A DNA stretch of 64,000 nucleotides, from positions 1,426,001 through 1,490,000 of the forward strand of contig NC_058383.1 of assembly GCF_018350175.1 (NCBI RefSeq). The letters are read 5' to 3'. Under the pieces are notes generated by a model. That model saw only the letters and a program-made list of their open reading frames with translations. It had not been told where the DNA came from and did not search any database. This document shows positions 1 through 12,066 of the stretch, piece by piece (positions within the stretch are counted from its first letter, which is position 1; each line of letters begins with the position of its first letter). This DNA comes from Felis catus. Its lineage: Eukaryota. The position numbers and the translations under genes are program-made.

Positions 1-325
1 AACCATTTTTACACGTACAGTCTCGTGGCGTTAAATACACTCGCGCGTCACCACCGTCTGCACCTGAAAGCTCTCCTTCACCCGCGACAGCGTCTGTCCC
101 CATCACACACGCCCCGGCCGCTTCCCCACCGTCCGCTCTCTGCGTCTGTGAGCTGACGACTCCAGGGGCCCCACACAAGTGGGGTCCCGCGGTCTGCAGT
201 GTCCTAGGGCTCATCCACACCGCAGCAGATGTGAGGCTGCGTGATAGTCCACGGTGTTGGCTGGGCCCGGTTTGTTCGTCTGTCCATGGACGCTGGGGTC
301 ACCTCCACCTTTTGGTTGCTGTGGC
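1..325 (-). mobile_element. L1MB-type LINE-1 3' end relic (antisense), strongly GC/CpG-shifted
   Basis: aaccatttttacacgtacagtc...tgactccaggggccccacacaagtgggg...tccaccttttggttgctgtg follows the antisense L1MB 3' UTR consensus as recalled (aaccatttttaagtgtacagttc...ctctaggtacctcatataagtgga...ttccaccttttggctattgtg). Confidence 0.7.
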
Positions 326-2714
326 CACAGGTCACGAGCCTGAGTCCCCTGTGCTCACAGGAGCACAGAGGAGCGGGCGTAGGCTTCCTGTCAGCCGGAG
401 GGCGCCAGGAATCTGCAGCTGCCTTTAATCCACAACAGCACGCTGTGCGGAGAGAGAGGCCGCCTGGACACTTTGGCCACGGAGCCATCAGGCGGCGGCG
501 GTGGAGACGGCGGGTGGTGGGGGACGGTGGGGGTGCGGGCCCCAGTGGCTGGGGAGTGGCAGAGATCAGGCCAGATCTGGGGGTGGGATGAGGCCAGCGC
601 CTGGCCGTAGGGCTGCCGAGAAGGAAAAGGAGGGCCCAGAGTCTTCTGGAGAGGGCTGGGGCCTGCGTCCTGGAGGAACAGCGCTGTGGCTTCTGGGAAA
701 CTCCCCGGGGGCGAATTTCAGAGCAAAGGCGCTACAGGCTGGGTGTGCCACTCTCTTAAGACAGCAGAACAGGGCCGCCCTCCAGGACGCTGAGAGGAAC
801 CCGAGAGACACCTCCTGTTTGGCTCACGGTCGAGGAGGAGGTGGTGAGGGGGCCAGCCAGCCTTGCTCCTGGTCCCAAGGCAGCTCGAGGTCGTGCCCAC
901 CAGGGTCAAAGTCGGGAGAGCTTGGGAGGGTGCTGCCGGAGAAGGGCCCTGGGGAGCCCTTGGGGGTTGGCCGGGCTGAGAACCGCCTGGGGCGCGAGTC
1001 GGGGCCGGGGCTCTGCACGTGCTCCAGTGGTTGTGGGCCGGGTCCCCACTGGCGTGGCCAGGCCCACGCGCTCAGCAGCTGCGTCTGGTGCCTGTCCTAG
1101 GGGCTGGCCCTGGCGCTGGGCCCGCTCTCCCGCACACGGGGTCTCTGCCTGTGGAAGGCCAGAGGGGCTCCCTTGGAGGGTCGCCTGGGGGCAGTAGACC
1201 CAAGTACGGAGTGGGTGTGACCCCCCCCGCCCCCCTGCATCCCACTGGCCACAGGGAGACATGGGATGGCGCAGACCACAGGGGAGAGGATGTGGATCCT
1301 ACCTATGGTGGGGACAACCACCATGCCCGCCTTGGAAGGCACTTTGCCACCTGGAGTCCTGGCTGTCCCGTGTGCGGTGGCACCGGGCCACGCGGCCACG
1401 GGGGCGGGATGCTGCCCTCCCTGTGCTGGCCCGCCCCCTCCTGTCCATCCTTGTCCATCAGGACAGGGAGTTGGGGGCGCTGTGCTGGGCGCCGAGAGAC
1501 CACAGAGGCCCCGCCTGGGCAGAGTGGCTGTCGAGTTCGAGAGACAACAGACAAGGAAGCCATGCGTCCACACCCGCGCACAATGGCTGCCGAGCCTGAT
1601 GAGGGGGAGTCAGGGGGGCTGCGTTGGACTGGGGGCCCCGGGGAAGTCTCCGGGCGCTGTAGTGGGAGGGACGCAGGCCACGATATGGGATGGAGGGGGT
1701 GCCGAAGCAGCTTGGGGCCACGGGGGGCGGGGAATGACTGCACAGGGTGGAGACCAGGCCCCGCGTTGAGCCGCTACGTAATGAGCACGTCTGGTGCTCA
1801 CGTGTCCCGGCCTGGCGGGTAGATCAGGACGGGAGGAGGGAGTCAGAGAGGACGGTGTGAACGTAAAGACAGACCCCCTCCCAAGATGATGTCCCCCCCA
1901 CAACTTCACCCCCTCCGTGGGCAGGAAGCGTCTCTGGTGTCCCAGGAGGAACGCGGGGTGGGGGGGGGTCTGGCTCTCCCTGCGTGTTTTCAGCCCATTC
2001 CACGGATTGTTATTTCGCTTGTGAAGTCGCACAGTGGGGTCCGCGGGGCTTTCATCTACAGAGGCCTTGCAAACGTCCGTCACTCAAAGTTAATCAAAGC
2101 GTTTTAATCTCCGAATGCCTCCAGGCTGCAATATTCCCTTCCCGAGTCAGCCGAGAGAAAAACAGCCCTGTTTGCGGGAAAGCTCCCGGAGACGCGGGGC
2201 GCCGAGCCTGGGATCTGATCTCCTGCTCTTCGCGCTTGGGGACCGTTCACAATGCAGCGCGGCAGACGACAGGTATTTGGGGAGGGGCGATTGGGGCCTC
2301 TGTGCTCCAGGCTGGTGCTCTGTCCCCAGGGCTCATTCGGCCAAGAGAGGGGGCGCGTCTGGCCGGAAGGGCTGGGGCCGAACGCATCTCTCAGGGGAGG
2401 GGGCTCTGAGAGAGGCAGGAATGCACACGGGCTGAATGAGTGGCTCCCACGCGTGGATGCCTGAAGTCTGAAGACTGTTCGTCCCGAGCGAGGGGACTTC
2501 TGTTCGGTCTGCCTGATCCCCACTGTTGCCGAGCACATGCTCTGCCAGGCACGTGCAGGCTCCGCGCCTCCTGGGGACAAAGAGCCAATGCACAGCCTTC
2601 ACGGACTTCGTCTTCCACGGGGCAGAGGGACGGGGAGGCTGAGTGGTAAGCGAGCCCGTTACACGTGGGGATCCCACCACGAAGGGGCCAAGGCGGAGGC
2701 AGGCGATGGTGTTG

Positions 2715-2845
2715 GGGATGGTCGGAGGAGGTGACATTTCAGCTGAGACCTGAAGGCAGAGCAGAAGTCAGCCAGGTGCAGGCTGAAAACGCCTTCTGGG
2801 CAGAGGGCCCAGCACGTGCAAAGGGTCTGAGGCAGGAAGCGTGCA
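2715..2845 (-). mobile_element. L2 LINE fragment
   Basis: gaggaggtgacatttcagctgagacctgaagg...gggcagagggcccagcacgtgcaaagggtctgaggcagga is the typical antisense L2 motif. Confidence 0.65.
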
Positions 2846-2850
2846 GCCGC

Positions 2851-3290
2851 ATGTTAGTTTCCTGGGGCTGCGGTAGGAGACGAGCACAAACGGGCAGCTT
2901 AGCACAACAGGAACTTGCTCGCTCCCGGTTCGGGAGGCCAGAAGTCCGATCGGGATGTGGGGCCTGGGTGGTTCCCCTGGAGACTCGCTGGGAAGGTCTG
3001 CTCCAGGCCCCTCTCCCAGTGTCCCCTGCTGCTGACCGTCCTGGGTTGTCCTGGCCTCCGCTACTGGAGTCACGTGGCTGCCTTCTCCCCGTGTCTCTGG
3101 GTCTCGGGCCTCCCTCTGCCTTTCTCTCGTAAGGACACCTGTCGTTGGATTTAGGGCCCGCACTCAAGCCAGGATGAGCCCATCTCGAGATCCTGCACTT
3201 AATTACAGCTGCAAAGACCCTTTCTCCAAATAAGGTCCCTTCACAGTTTCTGGAATTCTGTGGCCAGACATGTGTTTTTAGGAGCTACCC
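2851..3290 (-). mobile_element. MaLR solo LTR, MLT1C-like
   Basis: Starts tgttagtttcctggggctgc. Contains taaggacacctgtcgttggatttagggccc, catctcgagatcc and ttaattacagctgcaaagaccctttctccaaataaggtc, the reverse complement of the MLT1C consensus as recalled. Confidence 0.8.
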
Positions 3291-3894
3291 CTGGACTCCC
3301 GCAGGCAGTGTGTGGTCGGGGAGTTGTAGGACCCTGACAAGATGAATGAGCACAGGGCCAGGGCCAGGTGAGTACGGCCGCGGGCCCAGGGAAGGGGTTC
3401 ACTTAATTCCGCGTGCAGCTGGTGGCGGGCAGGGATTTGCAAGGGATTGACCCTGTCTGATCTCTCTAGAAAAACTGAGCCGGCTGGAGCATGCAGAGCA
3501 GACGGTAGGGACAGGAGCGGCGGGGTGCCCGGGGATGAGGCCGGGCACCTGGGGCAGGGGTCAAGGCGGCTCACACCAGGGGAGGGGGCTGGATTCCCGA
3601 CTCGGCCTGGAGGTTTGCTGAAGGAGCGTGTGGCCCGGGAGAGAGAGGAGTCGGCCTCCAAGGCTTCCACGGGGACCACCGGCGGCCAGGGCCTCTCCCC
3701 GTGGCTTTGGGGAGAACCGCGTGGTGACAAGCGGCAAGGCCCTTGGGGAAGGCAGACCCGAGTCCCTGGTTTGCCGGGGGGACCCGGATGTGGCGGCCGG
3801 CAGGCCCGAAGGAGCGCGTGCGGTCCCGAGGCCCGGGTCTGGATGGGGTGTGATGCCTCCTTCATACGTTCGTTAGAAAATAGCACCTCTTTTA

Positions 3895-4086
3895 GGGGCG
3901 CCGGCGGGGGGGGGGCTTCGTCGGTCGAGCGTCCGACTTCGGCTCGGGTCATGATCTCTCGGCCCGGAGTTCAAGCCCCGCGTCGGGCTGTGTGCTGACA
4001 GCTCGGAGCCTGGAGCCTGCTTCGCGTTCTGTGTCTCCCTGTCTCCCTGTCTCTCTCAAAGATAAATAAACATTGGAAACGAAAGG
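3895..4086 (+). mobile_element. Can-SINE (feline SINEC), diverged
   Basis: ggggcgcc head, gtccgacttcggctcgggtcatgatctc, B-box-like gagttcaagccc, CT stretch and aataaataaa tail. Degenerate TSD agaaaatagcacctct / agaaaagaacaccgct. Confidence 0.92.
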
Positions 4087-7000
4087 AGAAAAGAACACCG
4101 CTCGTTGACCCTGTGGACTGTGTCACTCTACTTCTCCTGTGTTCTGGGGGGTGTTTGAGAAGCAGAGGTGGGGGGGTCGCTTCGTGACCCCAGTGAGCAC
4201 CCGCTCCCCCCAGCCCTCCCCCCCCCCCATGTCATGGTCCCTACGACTGCTTTCCACCCTCAGACCCTGAGGTTCTCCCCGTGTTCGAGAGAAGCTTCTG
4301 GAAGCCCGCTGCCTCACCAGGCTTGCTCTCTGGGGTAAACTCTGCTTCAGGCAGGAGGTTGAACGAGCAATGAGGATTCTTTGGATTCGTTATGCTCTCC
4401 GAGTCTGAGTGCCTCTCCCCTGCGGGACCAGCAATGTCAGAAACGCAGCCTTTGGGAGGTGGGGTGGCGGGCTGCGGGCCGCGGCTGGCCAGGCGGGCTC
4501 AGTGGGTGTCAGGGGCACAGGGGAGGAGGTGTGTGGGGGCGGCTGGGGGCCTCCGTGCACGCGGGGTGTGCGTGGGCCCCGACCCCGGGATTCAGAAAGC
4601 TGATGTTGTCCAGGCCTCCAGGGCCTGGCATACCCTGACCACTCCCCTAAACACAGGGGATACACGGGGGGATCCTCGCTAACGTACGAGGAGAAGTAAC
4701 AGCGCCTGCTACGAGGGGCTGCTGGCAGAATGTTCGCGAAGCACCGTTTTGCGTGGACCGGGATAGAGAGAAGCCCCCTGGCTAAGCCTGACTAAGCAGG
4801 CTGCCGGGGGTGGGGCGGCTGGCTGGGTCAGGGAGCGTTCGACCAGGCTGCAGGGCTGGTGGTGAGGCTGGGGTGCCCTTCCGGGGATCGGAAGTCCAAG
4901 GCCAAGGTGTCCCCTGGGAGCCCAGGGTGAGGCCAGGGGGACTCCGAACCCCAGAGAGAGGCTCTGATGACGGGGCCGTCGCTCTGGCAGTGAGCCGTGG
5001 CGGCTGGTGTGCAAATCTGTGGGTGTGCTGGGCTCCCGGGGAGTAGCAACCGAGGGAGGGAGGCCCTGGGGTGACGCTGGCACAGCCATGGAGAACCAGC
5101 CCCCAGTCGGGAGGCACTCCGGGAGCCGGGACTCGGAGGCAGGGAGGCGTCAGTGCTGAGTCTGGGGTGAGGGAAGCTTGGCCATCGGTCTCAGTGTGGC
5201 CTCGAAGGAGCCGTACAACCCCGGGCGGGTCCCTCGCTGCCTTTGCACAGCAGTGTCCTTGTCGGCAAGGCCGGGCACTGAGGGGGCGCTGAGGGTTACA
5301 GATCCTGTGGCTACAGCACCGGCCCGAGCAGGAGTGCAGCCCCTCAGGGCAGGTGGCATCCCATCGTTGACCTGTGTTTACTTGCACAGGGACCGTGGCG
5401 TGGGCCCTCTGCTGTCCTGGGGACCACGAGGGAGGGTGAAGTCACCTTCCAGGAGCTCACCTCCTCGTTGGGGGGACAGACGCCCCAACAAGCAGCTTGG
5501 GTCTAGTGATGGGGGCTGCGGGCTCCCGGGGCAGGGAGCAGAGGTTCCCGGGGGAAGGGTCCAGAGAGCGCTCTCCCAGCGTAGACCTGATGATTGGGTA
5601 GGTCTTCAGATGAAGATGTGCAGAGAGTTCCGGAAAGGGAGACAGTATGTGCATAGGCCTAGAGGTGAGAGAGAGTCCTCCGTGACGGCCCCTCCCGGAC
5701 TCGTCAGTTGAGGGAGGTGCGTTTCCATCGTGGAGGGTCCGGCCACCTCTCTCCAGTCCCGCTGGCGTCGACAGGGGCCTCATCGGGCAGAGCTGACTGC
5801 ACTGACTGTCCCCAAGCCCATCTTCCTGGCCTGACCACATCTCCCTAACTTCTTCCGGAGGAGCAAGTAATTAGGATTTCAGAACAAGATCCACTTGCAG
5901 GCGCCAGGAATGGTGTGGTTGTCCCGTGTGGTCCCGTGAGGCCGCGGCACAGTTTCTGTAGGAAATGAACCAGCCTTGGAGCTCCTGGCCCTGACGGGCC
6001 CTGTTTGCCCATGCGGGCAGGGGCTGGGGAGGTGGTGACACGAGCCGGCTGCGAACGCAGGGCACGAGGCCTTGCCCAGGAGGTGCACCGTGGCCGTCCT
6101 CCCACCGTTCCTAGTTTCCGTGGGACCCTCTGTGGGCTGTTCGTGTCCCGGCCTGCCCCTGTGTCTCTCACACGCTGGTCCAGGCATTCGGCGGGCACCG
6201 GACTCCGTGTATGGTTTACGAGACGCCTCTCGGGCTGGGCGCACGCGATCACGTCCCCACGGAGGAGAAAACGGAGGCACGGCTCTCACGCCTCTGACCC
6301 AGATGCTTCGCCGTGCTCCGCCGATGTTCTTCCTCACCTTGTTCGCACCCACGTGTGATGCTGTACGTTCTGGCACTGACAAGACGGTCGTGTTCTCACG
6401 TCCCCTCGACATCTCCGTCTCTAGGGCTGAGCCCCGAGCCTCAAGGCCCCAGGGTGGGGACGGAGGGAGGAGCCCCGTCCCGGAGCCCTGTTGGACATGT
6501 GGGGCCAAGCCAAGGCCGACGCGGTGCAGCACAGACCTCGGCTCTGTTCTGGTGACGGGCAGGTGGGGAGGAGAGGCGGAGGGTGCGGAGCGGAGAAGCC
6601 GGGAGCTCCCCCCCGCCTGCAGAGCTGGGGTCCAACCCTTAGAAGCACCCGTCTGGGTGTGGGGACACATTCTTGAGTCTCATGTGTGGGAAGGTGGGCA
6701 GGGCCTCTGCCCTGGTACGGTGCGGGGAGACCCAGGGCCCCTCGGGGGGCCCTGCCCCCTTCCCGCACGACACGGGACGGAGGGTCTGTGGGAAGAAGCC
6801 GGGAAGATGGGCCGCACGGGGTCCTGGCTCCGTGTGCCCTGTCTGAGTGCTCAGTGCCCGGCAGATCGGCAGAAGCAGGCCGCGAGGGTGAGGAGGCCAC
6901 GGCCCGGGAGGACGTCGTGACCGGGCAGACGGCCTTGAGAGAGGGCGATGCGGGGCCCTCCTCGTGGACGTGGCAGGGGGCGGACGGCAGGCCCTCGCCC

Positions 7001-7451
7001 TCCCCCCGACGTCCCTACAGAACTTGATGTGCTCATGAGCTTGGCAAGCGTCTCTCTCCCGGCTTTTAATTTGTGGGAGAAGCGACCTTTTATATTTCAG
7101 ATCACATGAAGTTAATTTGCACTGCAGTTCAAGAGAGCTCCTGAGAAGGTACGAATGTGATTTCCTACCAGCTGTTACTGTAGGACGCAACACGACAGAC
7201 ATGATGAGAAGCAAGGATTCATTTTTAGACAGGAGAGAAGCACACGGTCTCTCCCTGGGGCCCGCCCAGGCCGGCAGCAATCAGACGGGAAGAACCCGAG
7301 GGAGCAAGCGGGCCAACCGCTCACCTTGTGCGATGTCCCTGACCCACAGCTGTCCTAGTTCTGTTTGAATACCCCCAGCGATGGAGAGCTCACTACCTCC
7401 GGAGCAGCCGCATCTAACGCTGGTCAGGTTTGGCTGTTAGAAGGTCTTTTC

Positions 7452-7651
7452 TTTTCTTAAGTTTATTTTCATTTATTTTGCTAGAACGCAAGCAGGGGAG
7501 GGGCAGGGAGAGAGGGAGACGGAGCACCAAGCAGACTGCACGCCGTCAACACAGAGCCCGATGTGGGGGCCGGTCCCACGAAACGTGCGATCGGGACACG
7601 AGCCGAAACCAGGAGTCAGAGGTGTAACCGACCGAGCAACCCAGGCGCCCC
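7452..7651 (-). mobile_element. Can-SINE, older diverged copy
   Basis: T-rich tail through to ccaggcgcccc; flanked by agaaggtcttttc at 7439-7451 and 7653-7665. Confidence 0.9.
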
Positions 7652-7665
7652 GAGAAGGTCTTTTC

Positions 7666-7902
7666 TTTTTTTTTCTTTTTCTTTTTTTCTTTTTTTTTTT
7701 TAAACATTTATTTATTTTTGGGACAGAGAGAGACACAGCATGAACGGGGGAGGGGCAGAGAGAGAGGGAGACAGCATCGGAAGCAGGCTCCAGGCTCCGA
7801 GCCATCAGCCCAGAGCCTGACGCGGGGCTCAAACTCACAGACCGTGAGATCGTGACCTGGCTGAAGTCGGACGCTTAACCGACTGCGCCACCCAGGTGCC
7901 CC
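7666..7902 (-). mobile_element. Can-SINE, young feline subfamily
   Basis: Long T tail; diagnostic gccatcagcccagagcc, gtgacctggctgaagtcgg and gactgcgccacccagg. Perfect 15-bp TSD cgagaaggtcttttc at 7651-7665 and 7903-7917. Confidence 0.96.
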
Positions 7903-8802
7903 CGAGAAGGTCTTTTCAATGTCAGGTACGATCTGCTTTTGTCAGCTGTGTTCTGTGTGTCTGGTGTGCCAATGTCCCTAAAGTGAGGCACTTAGACCAG
8001 ACACAACGTTCCTTTTTCCGGCTGATTGGCCAAGATTCCTATCCCATTCCTACTTCCGGGCAGCATACCTCCGGCCAGACGGCTAAAGGTCACATGCACG
8101 GCGAGCCTTCCGAGAGTACTGCCGGGGCGCCCGGTCGGGGGCGGGGGGTTGTGTGTCCGTGGAGAAACTTCCGTGTGCCCCGTCCTGTGCCAGTCACAGG
8201 GGTCAGGGCAGGGGAGGCAGCCTGCAGGGGGCGTGAATCGGGTCTACCATCCAATCGGGTGGAGTGGATGCTAATGGCTGTTGGTTTTCGGACGTACCCG
8301 CCAGCCCGTGCTGGCCCAGCTGTCGTGTGTTCCTCAGGGCACAGAGCCGGTCCCCTGACTCAGGCGAGACCGTTCAGATCGGGGGTTGCGGATGACGGGT
8401 CCCCGCCTGCAGGTAGCTGTGAGGTTGCCCTCTTCCCCGTGGGGTCTGCGAAACCTGACGGTCGTCTGCAAAGAAAGGAGAGAGGTGGGGTGGGCAGGGA
8501 GTGGGGAGAGAAGGGTAGCACGTGAAGAAAAGGAGACAGAAGCGGGGGTGGCCGCGCACCGAGAGCCCACTGTGTCACCCACTCTCCCAGCCATGTAGAA
8601 CCGGGACGTCCCATGGGGGGGAAGCAGGGGTGCTGGGGAGCTGGTCCTGGGATCCCCGATGTCCTTGGGACCTGCCTCAAACTTGTATGAAGATGTGGGC
8701 CAAGCCGGAGGCCTCGTGTCCTCTCCGGGTGGGCGTGGCCTGGGCCCCAGGGCCAAGCGGTTCGCCCTTTATGACCCCAGCCTCCGACGTCTTCAGAGCA
8801 TC

Positions 8803-9147
8803 TGTTACTGGGTGAACTGTGTCACCTCCAAATCCGTACGTTGCAGACCCTAGTCCCGGATGCCCAGAACGTGACTGTATTCAGAGGCAGGGTCGTCAAA
8901 GAGGTGGCTGAGTTCAGAGGAGATCGTCAGGGTGGCCCTCAGCTGATGTGGCTGGTGCCCTCTAGAGAAGAGGCGATCAGGGCACAGACCTGGGCGGGGG
9001 GTCGACCGTGTGGGGTCACGGGGAGAGGACGCCGTCCACACGCCGAGGAGGGAGGCCTCGCTCTGGCCTCCAGACCTGGGGGACGTACATTTCTGTGGGC
9101 CGAGCCGCCCGCCTGTTGTCTTTGTTAGGGCCCCCCAGCTGGCTGAC
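8803..9147 (+). mobile_element. MaLR solo LTR, MLT1B-like, GC-shifted
   Basis: tgttactgggtgaactgtgtc...cagaacgtgactgtattc...agaagaggcgatcagggcacagac...tggcctccaga...catttctgtg...ctttgttagggc is collinear with the MLT1B consensus as recalled. Confidence 0.75.
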
Positions 9148-10035
9148 GGTGTCTCTTCAGACATACTGTGTCCATCCGGGTGACGACAAAGGCCTGTCCG
9201 GGTTAAAGGAGGGGACACGGAGATCCCCACCTCCTGGCGGGAGAGACTCTGGAGGAGAATGTGGCGCGGGGACTGTCGTCCGTTTGAAGACATCTGTCAC
9301 ATAGCAGCTCCCCACAACTCTGAGGGGAACCCGCGTGGGGTTCAGGCAGGTGGCATGGGAGGGGTGGGCCCGGGGTGGTGTCAGGGGCAGGTCGGCGGCC
9401 CAGACACCTGGAGAACAGGAGTGAGGCCGGACGGGAGCCCTGAGCCCACTGGGCCAGGCCAGGGTGTCGACAGAGCGCGGCCTGCTGCGACAGCTGTCAA
9501 CGCTTGTGATGTGGGCCTTGGGGCCGTAGCTGGGGACCCTTCAGAGCACAATTTCGAGCCCTCTGACTTCGGAATGTGAGTCCTGGGAGAGCCGAGAGGC
9601 CAGCCACCCTCCTGCAGCTGGAAGACGCCCCCCTCCCCCGGTCACAGTGCGCCGGGGTCCCCCAAAGGCAGAGAAGCAGACACCGCTTGCCCAGCTCAGA
9701 CACCTCCCCGTGGCACTGGGGTCCCCCAGGAAGGCCCTCCGGGCACCAGGCCCATGACCACAGTCCTTAGCACAGGTAGTGCTTCCCGGGAGCCCTCACT
9801 GGAGACACAGGCAGAGAACGACCTGGAGGTGAAGGCAGGGGTTCTGGGCTCGAGTCCCCAGAGCAGAGGCCCCGATGTGGGAGAGGAGGGGAGCGTCCAG
9901 GGGCCAATGGGAGCCGGGGGTCCCGGATCTCCCTCCGGGTCTCACCTGGGCCCTGTGCACGGGAGCCGGGTTCACCACCTCAACAGCAAGACTCCTTCCT
10001 TCTTCTGTTTTTCCTCTTCCTGGTGCCTTGGCTTC

Positions 10036-10916
10036 CTCACTCACGCACTCGTTCACGCACTCGTTCACGCACTCGTTCACGCACTCGTTCACGCACTCAT
10101 TCACGCACTCGTTCACTCCCTCATTCATTCATGCACTGACTCATTCACTCATTGATACACTCATTCATTCATTCATGCACTGAGTCAGTCATTCACCCCT
10201 CACTCATTCCTGCCTTCACTCATTTGCTCACTCATTCACTCACTCATTTGTGCATGAACTCATTCACTCGTTCACTCCCTCACTCATTCATGCCTTCACT
10301 GATTCGCTCACTCATGCACTCGTGCACTGACTCATTCATTCATACACTGACTCATGCACTCGTTCACTCTCGTTCATTCATGCACGGACTCATTCACTCA
10401 TTCATGCAGTACTCATTCATTCATGTACTCATTCATTCATGCACTGACTCATTCACTCATTCATATGCTCATTCATTCATACACTGACTCATTCATGCAC
10501 TCACTCATTCATGCATGGACTCATTCACTCATTCATACAGTCATTCATTCATGCACTGAGTCATTCACCTCTCATTCATGCCTTCACTCATTCGCTCACT
10601 CATTCACACACTCATTCACTCAGTCATTCGTGCACTAACTCATTCACTCACTCATTTATGCCTTCACTGATTTGCTAACTCCTGCACTCATTCATGCACT
10701 GACTCATTCATTCATTCACTCACTCATTCATGCACTGACTCATTGCACTGACTTGTTCACTCACTCACTCATTCATTCATGCACTGATTCATTCACGCCC
10801 TCATTCATGCACTCATTTATGCTGTCATTCATTCATGCACCGACTCATTCGTTCTTGCACTGACTTGTTCACTCATTCATTCATGCACTGATTCATTCAC
10901 TGATTCACTCACTCAC
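10036..10916. repeat. ~880 bp degenerate (TCAT/TCAC/GCAC)n tetranucleotide-based array
   Basis: Directly visible cattcattcatgcactgactcattcact reiterations; six 12-mers tcacgcactcgt (one variant) at 10041-10112. Confidence 0.97.
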
Positions 10917-11027
10917 ACTTGCACGACAGACCCTTCGGTGCCACGGGACGAGGATGTGAACGAAAAAGGCATCCCAGTCTCCCGGGTCCCACAGATGTGG
11001 CATGGATCTCCAAAATAGATTCCTTTC

Positions 11028-11627
11028 AAAACAGTCCGGGGCTCGGATGGCCAGACAGAGTTGCCACGTGACCTGGCAGTTCCAGCGCTCCACGCACCCA
11101 GGAGCGATGGAAACGCGCTGACGCCCATGCTCACCACAGCACGCGCACAGCCGCCAAAACGTGGGTCGCCTGAGTGCCCCGCACAGATGAATGGACGATG
11201 CCACGCGGTCTGCCCACACGACAGAGTGTTACCTGGGAAGGAGGAAGGAGGACGCGTGTGTTACCTGGGAAGGAGGAAGGAGGACGCCTGACACTCGCTT
11301 CAGCGGGGGTGGATCCCGGAAACGTGCTCCGTGAAGGAAACCCGCCACAACAGAGCATGTGGCATCCCCCTCCATGGATGCGGCGTGTCCAGAACAGGCC
11401 GGTCCACAGGCAGCGCGTCGCCGGTTCGCGGGCCTGGAAGGGACGGGGGCGCGGGGGTGACGGCTCAGGAGTGCGGGGTGTCTGTTCGGGGCGAGGAAAA
11501 CACTCCAGAGCGGACTGTTGGTGCTGGATGTGCGGCCCCACAGATGTACTGAGAGCCGCTGAATTGTGCGCTGAGCGGGTGAGAGGCAGGGCACGCAAGC
11601 TGTGTCTCAGTAAAGCTGCTAAAACAT
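11028..11627 (+). mobile_element. L1MB-type LINE-1 ORF2 C-terminus/3' UTR relic, extremely GC-shifted
   Basis: acagagttgccacgtgacctggcagttcca, gatgaatggac, gtgtccagaacaggc, gctgaattgtgcgct and tgtctcagtaaagctgctaaaa are collinear with the L1MB 3' end and with the copy at 42.3-43.15 kb in this window. Confidence 0.75.
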
Positions 11628-11852
11628 AACAGCGCCCACCTTCAGAGGGTTGTTAAAGGTAGTCGTTATTTCCCATAGAGTATTTAGAATAATGCCTGGC
11701 ACTTGCTAAATGCTTGATAAATGTTAGTCGTTAAAAATAATAAATTCCTTTCATGCACCCGAAGCCCTCCCTGCCTCCTCCAAGGAGCCTGCCAGGCCTG
11801 GACAGCCGGGGCCTCCTCCTTGCCTCCCGTCCATGGCCAGTCACCCCTTTGA

Positions 11853-12066
11853 TTTCCTTTCCCATCTGAGTTTCAGACAATTTTTGACAGAGACAGAGTG
11901 AGAGTGGGGGAGGGGCAGAGAGAGAGAGGGAGACACAGAATCGGAAGCAGGCTCCAGGCCCTGAGCTGTCAGCACAGAGCCCGACGCGGGGCTGGAACCC
12001 ACGAACCGCGAGTTCATGACCTGAGCCGAAGTCGGACGCTCGACTGACGAGCCACCCAGGCGCCCC
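11853..12066 (-). mobile_element. Can-SINE
   Basis: gagacacagaatcggaagcaggctccagg...gccacccaggcgcccc; degenerate TSD cagtcacc(cc)tttga. Confidence 0.93.

Noticed and set aside
9754..10863. HSF/HALV/NECV-repeat ORFs, and the array as a possible CRISPR
   Set aside because: Simple tandem repeat with no unique spacers; eukaryotic DNA with no cas genes.
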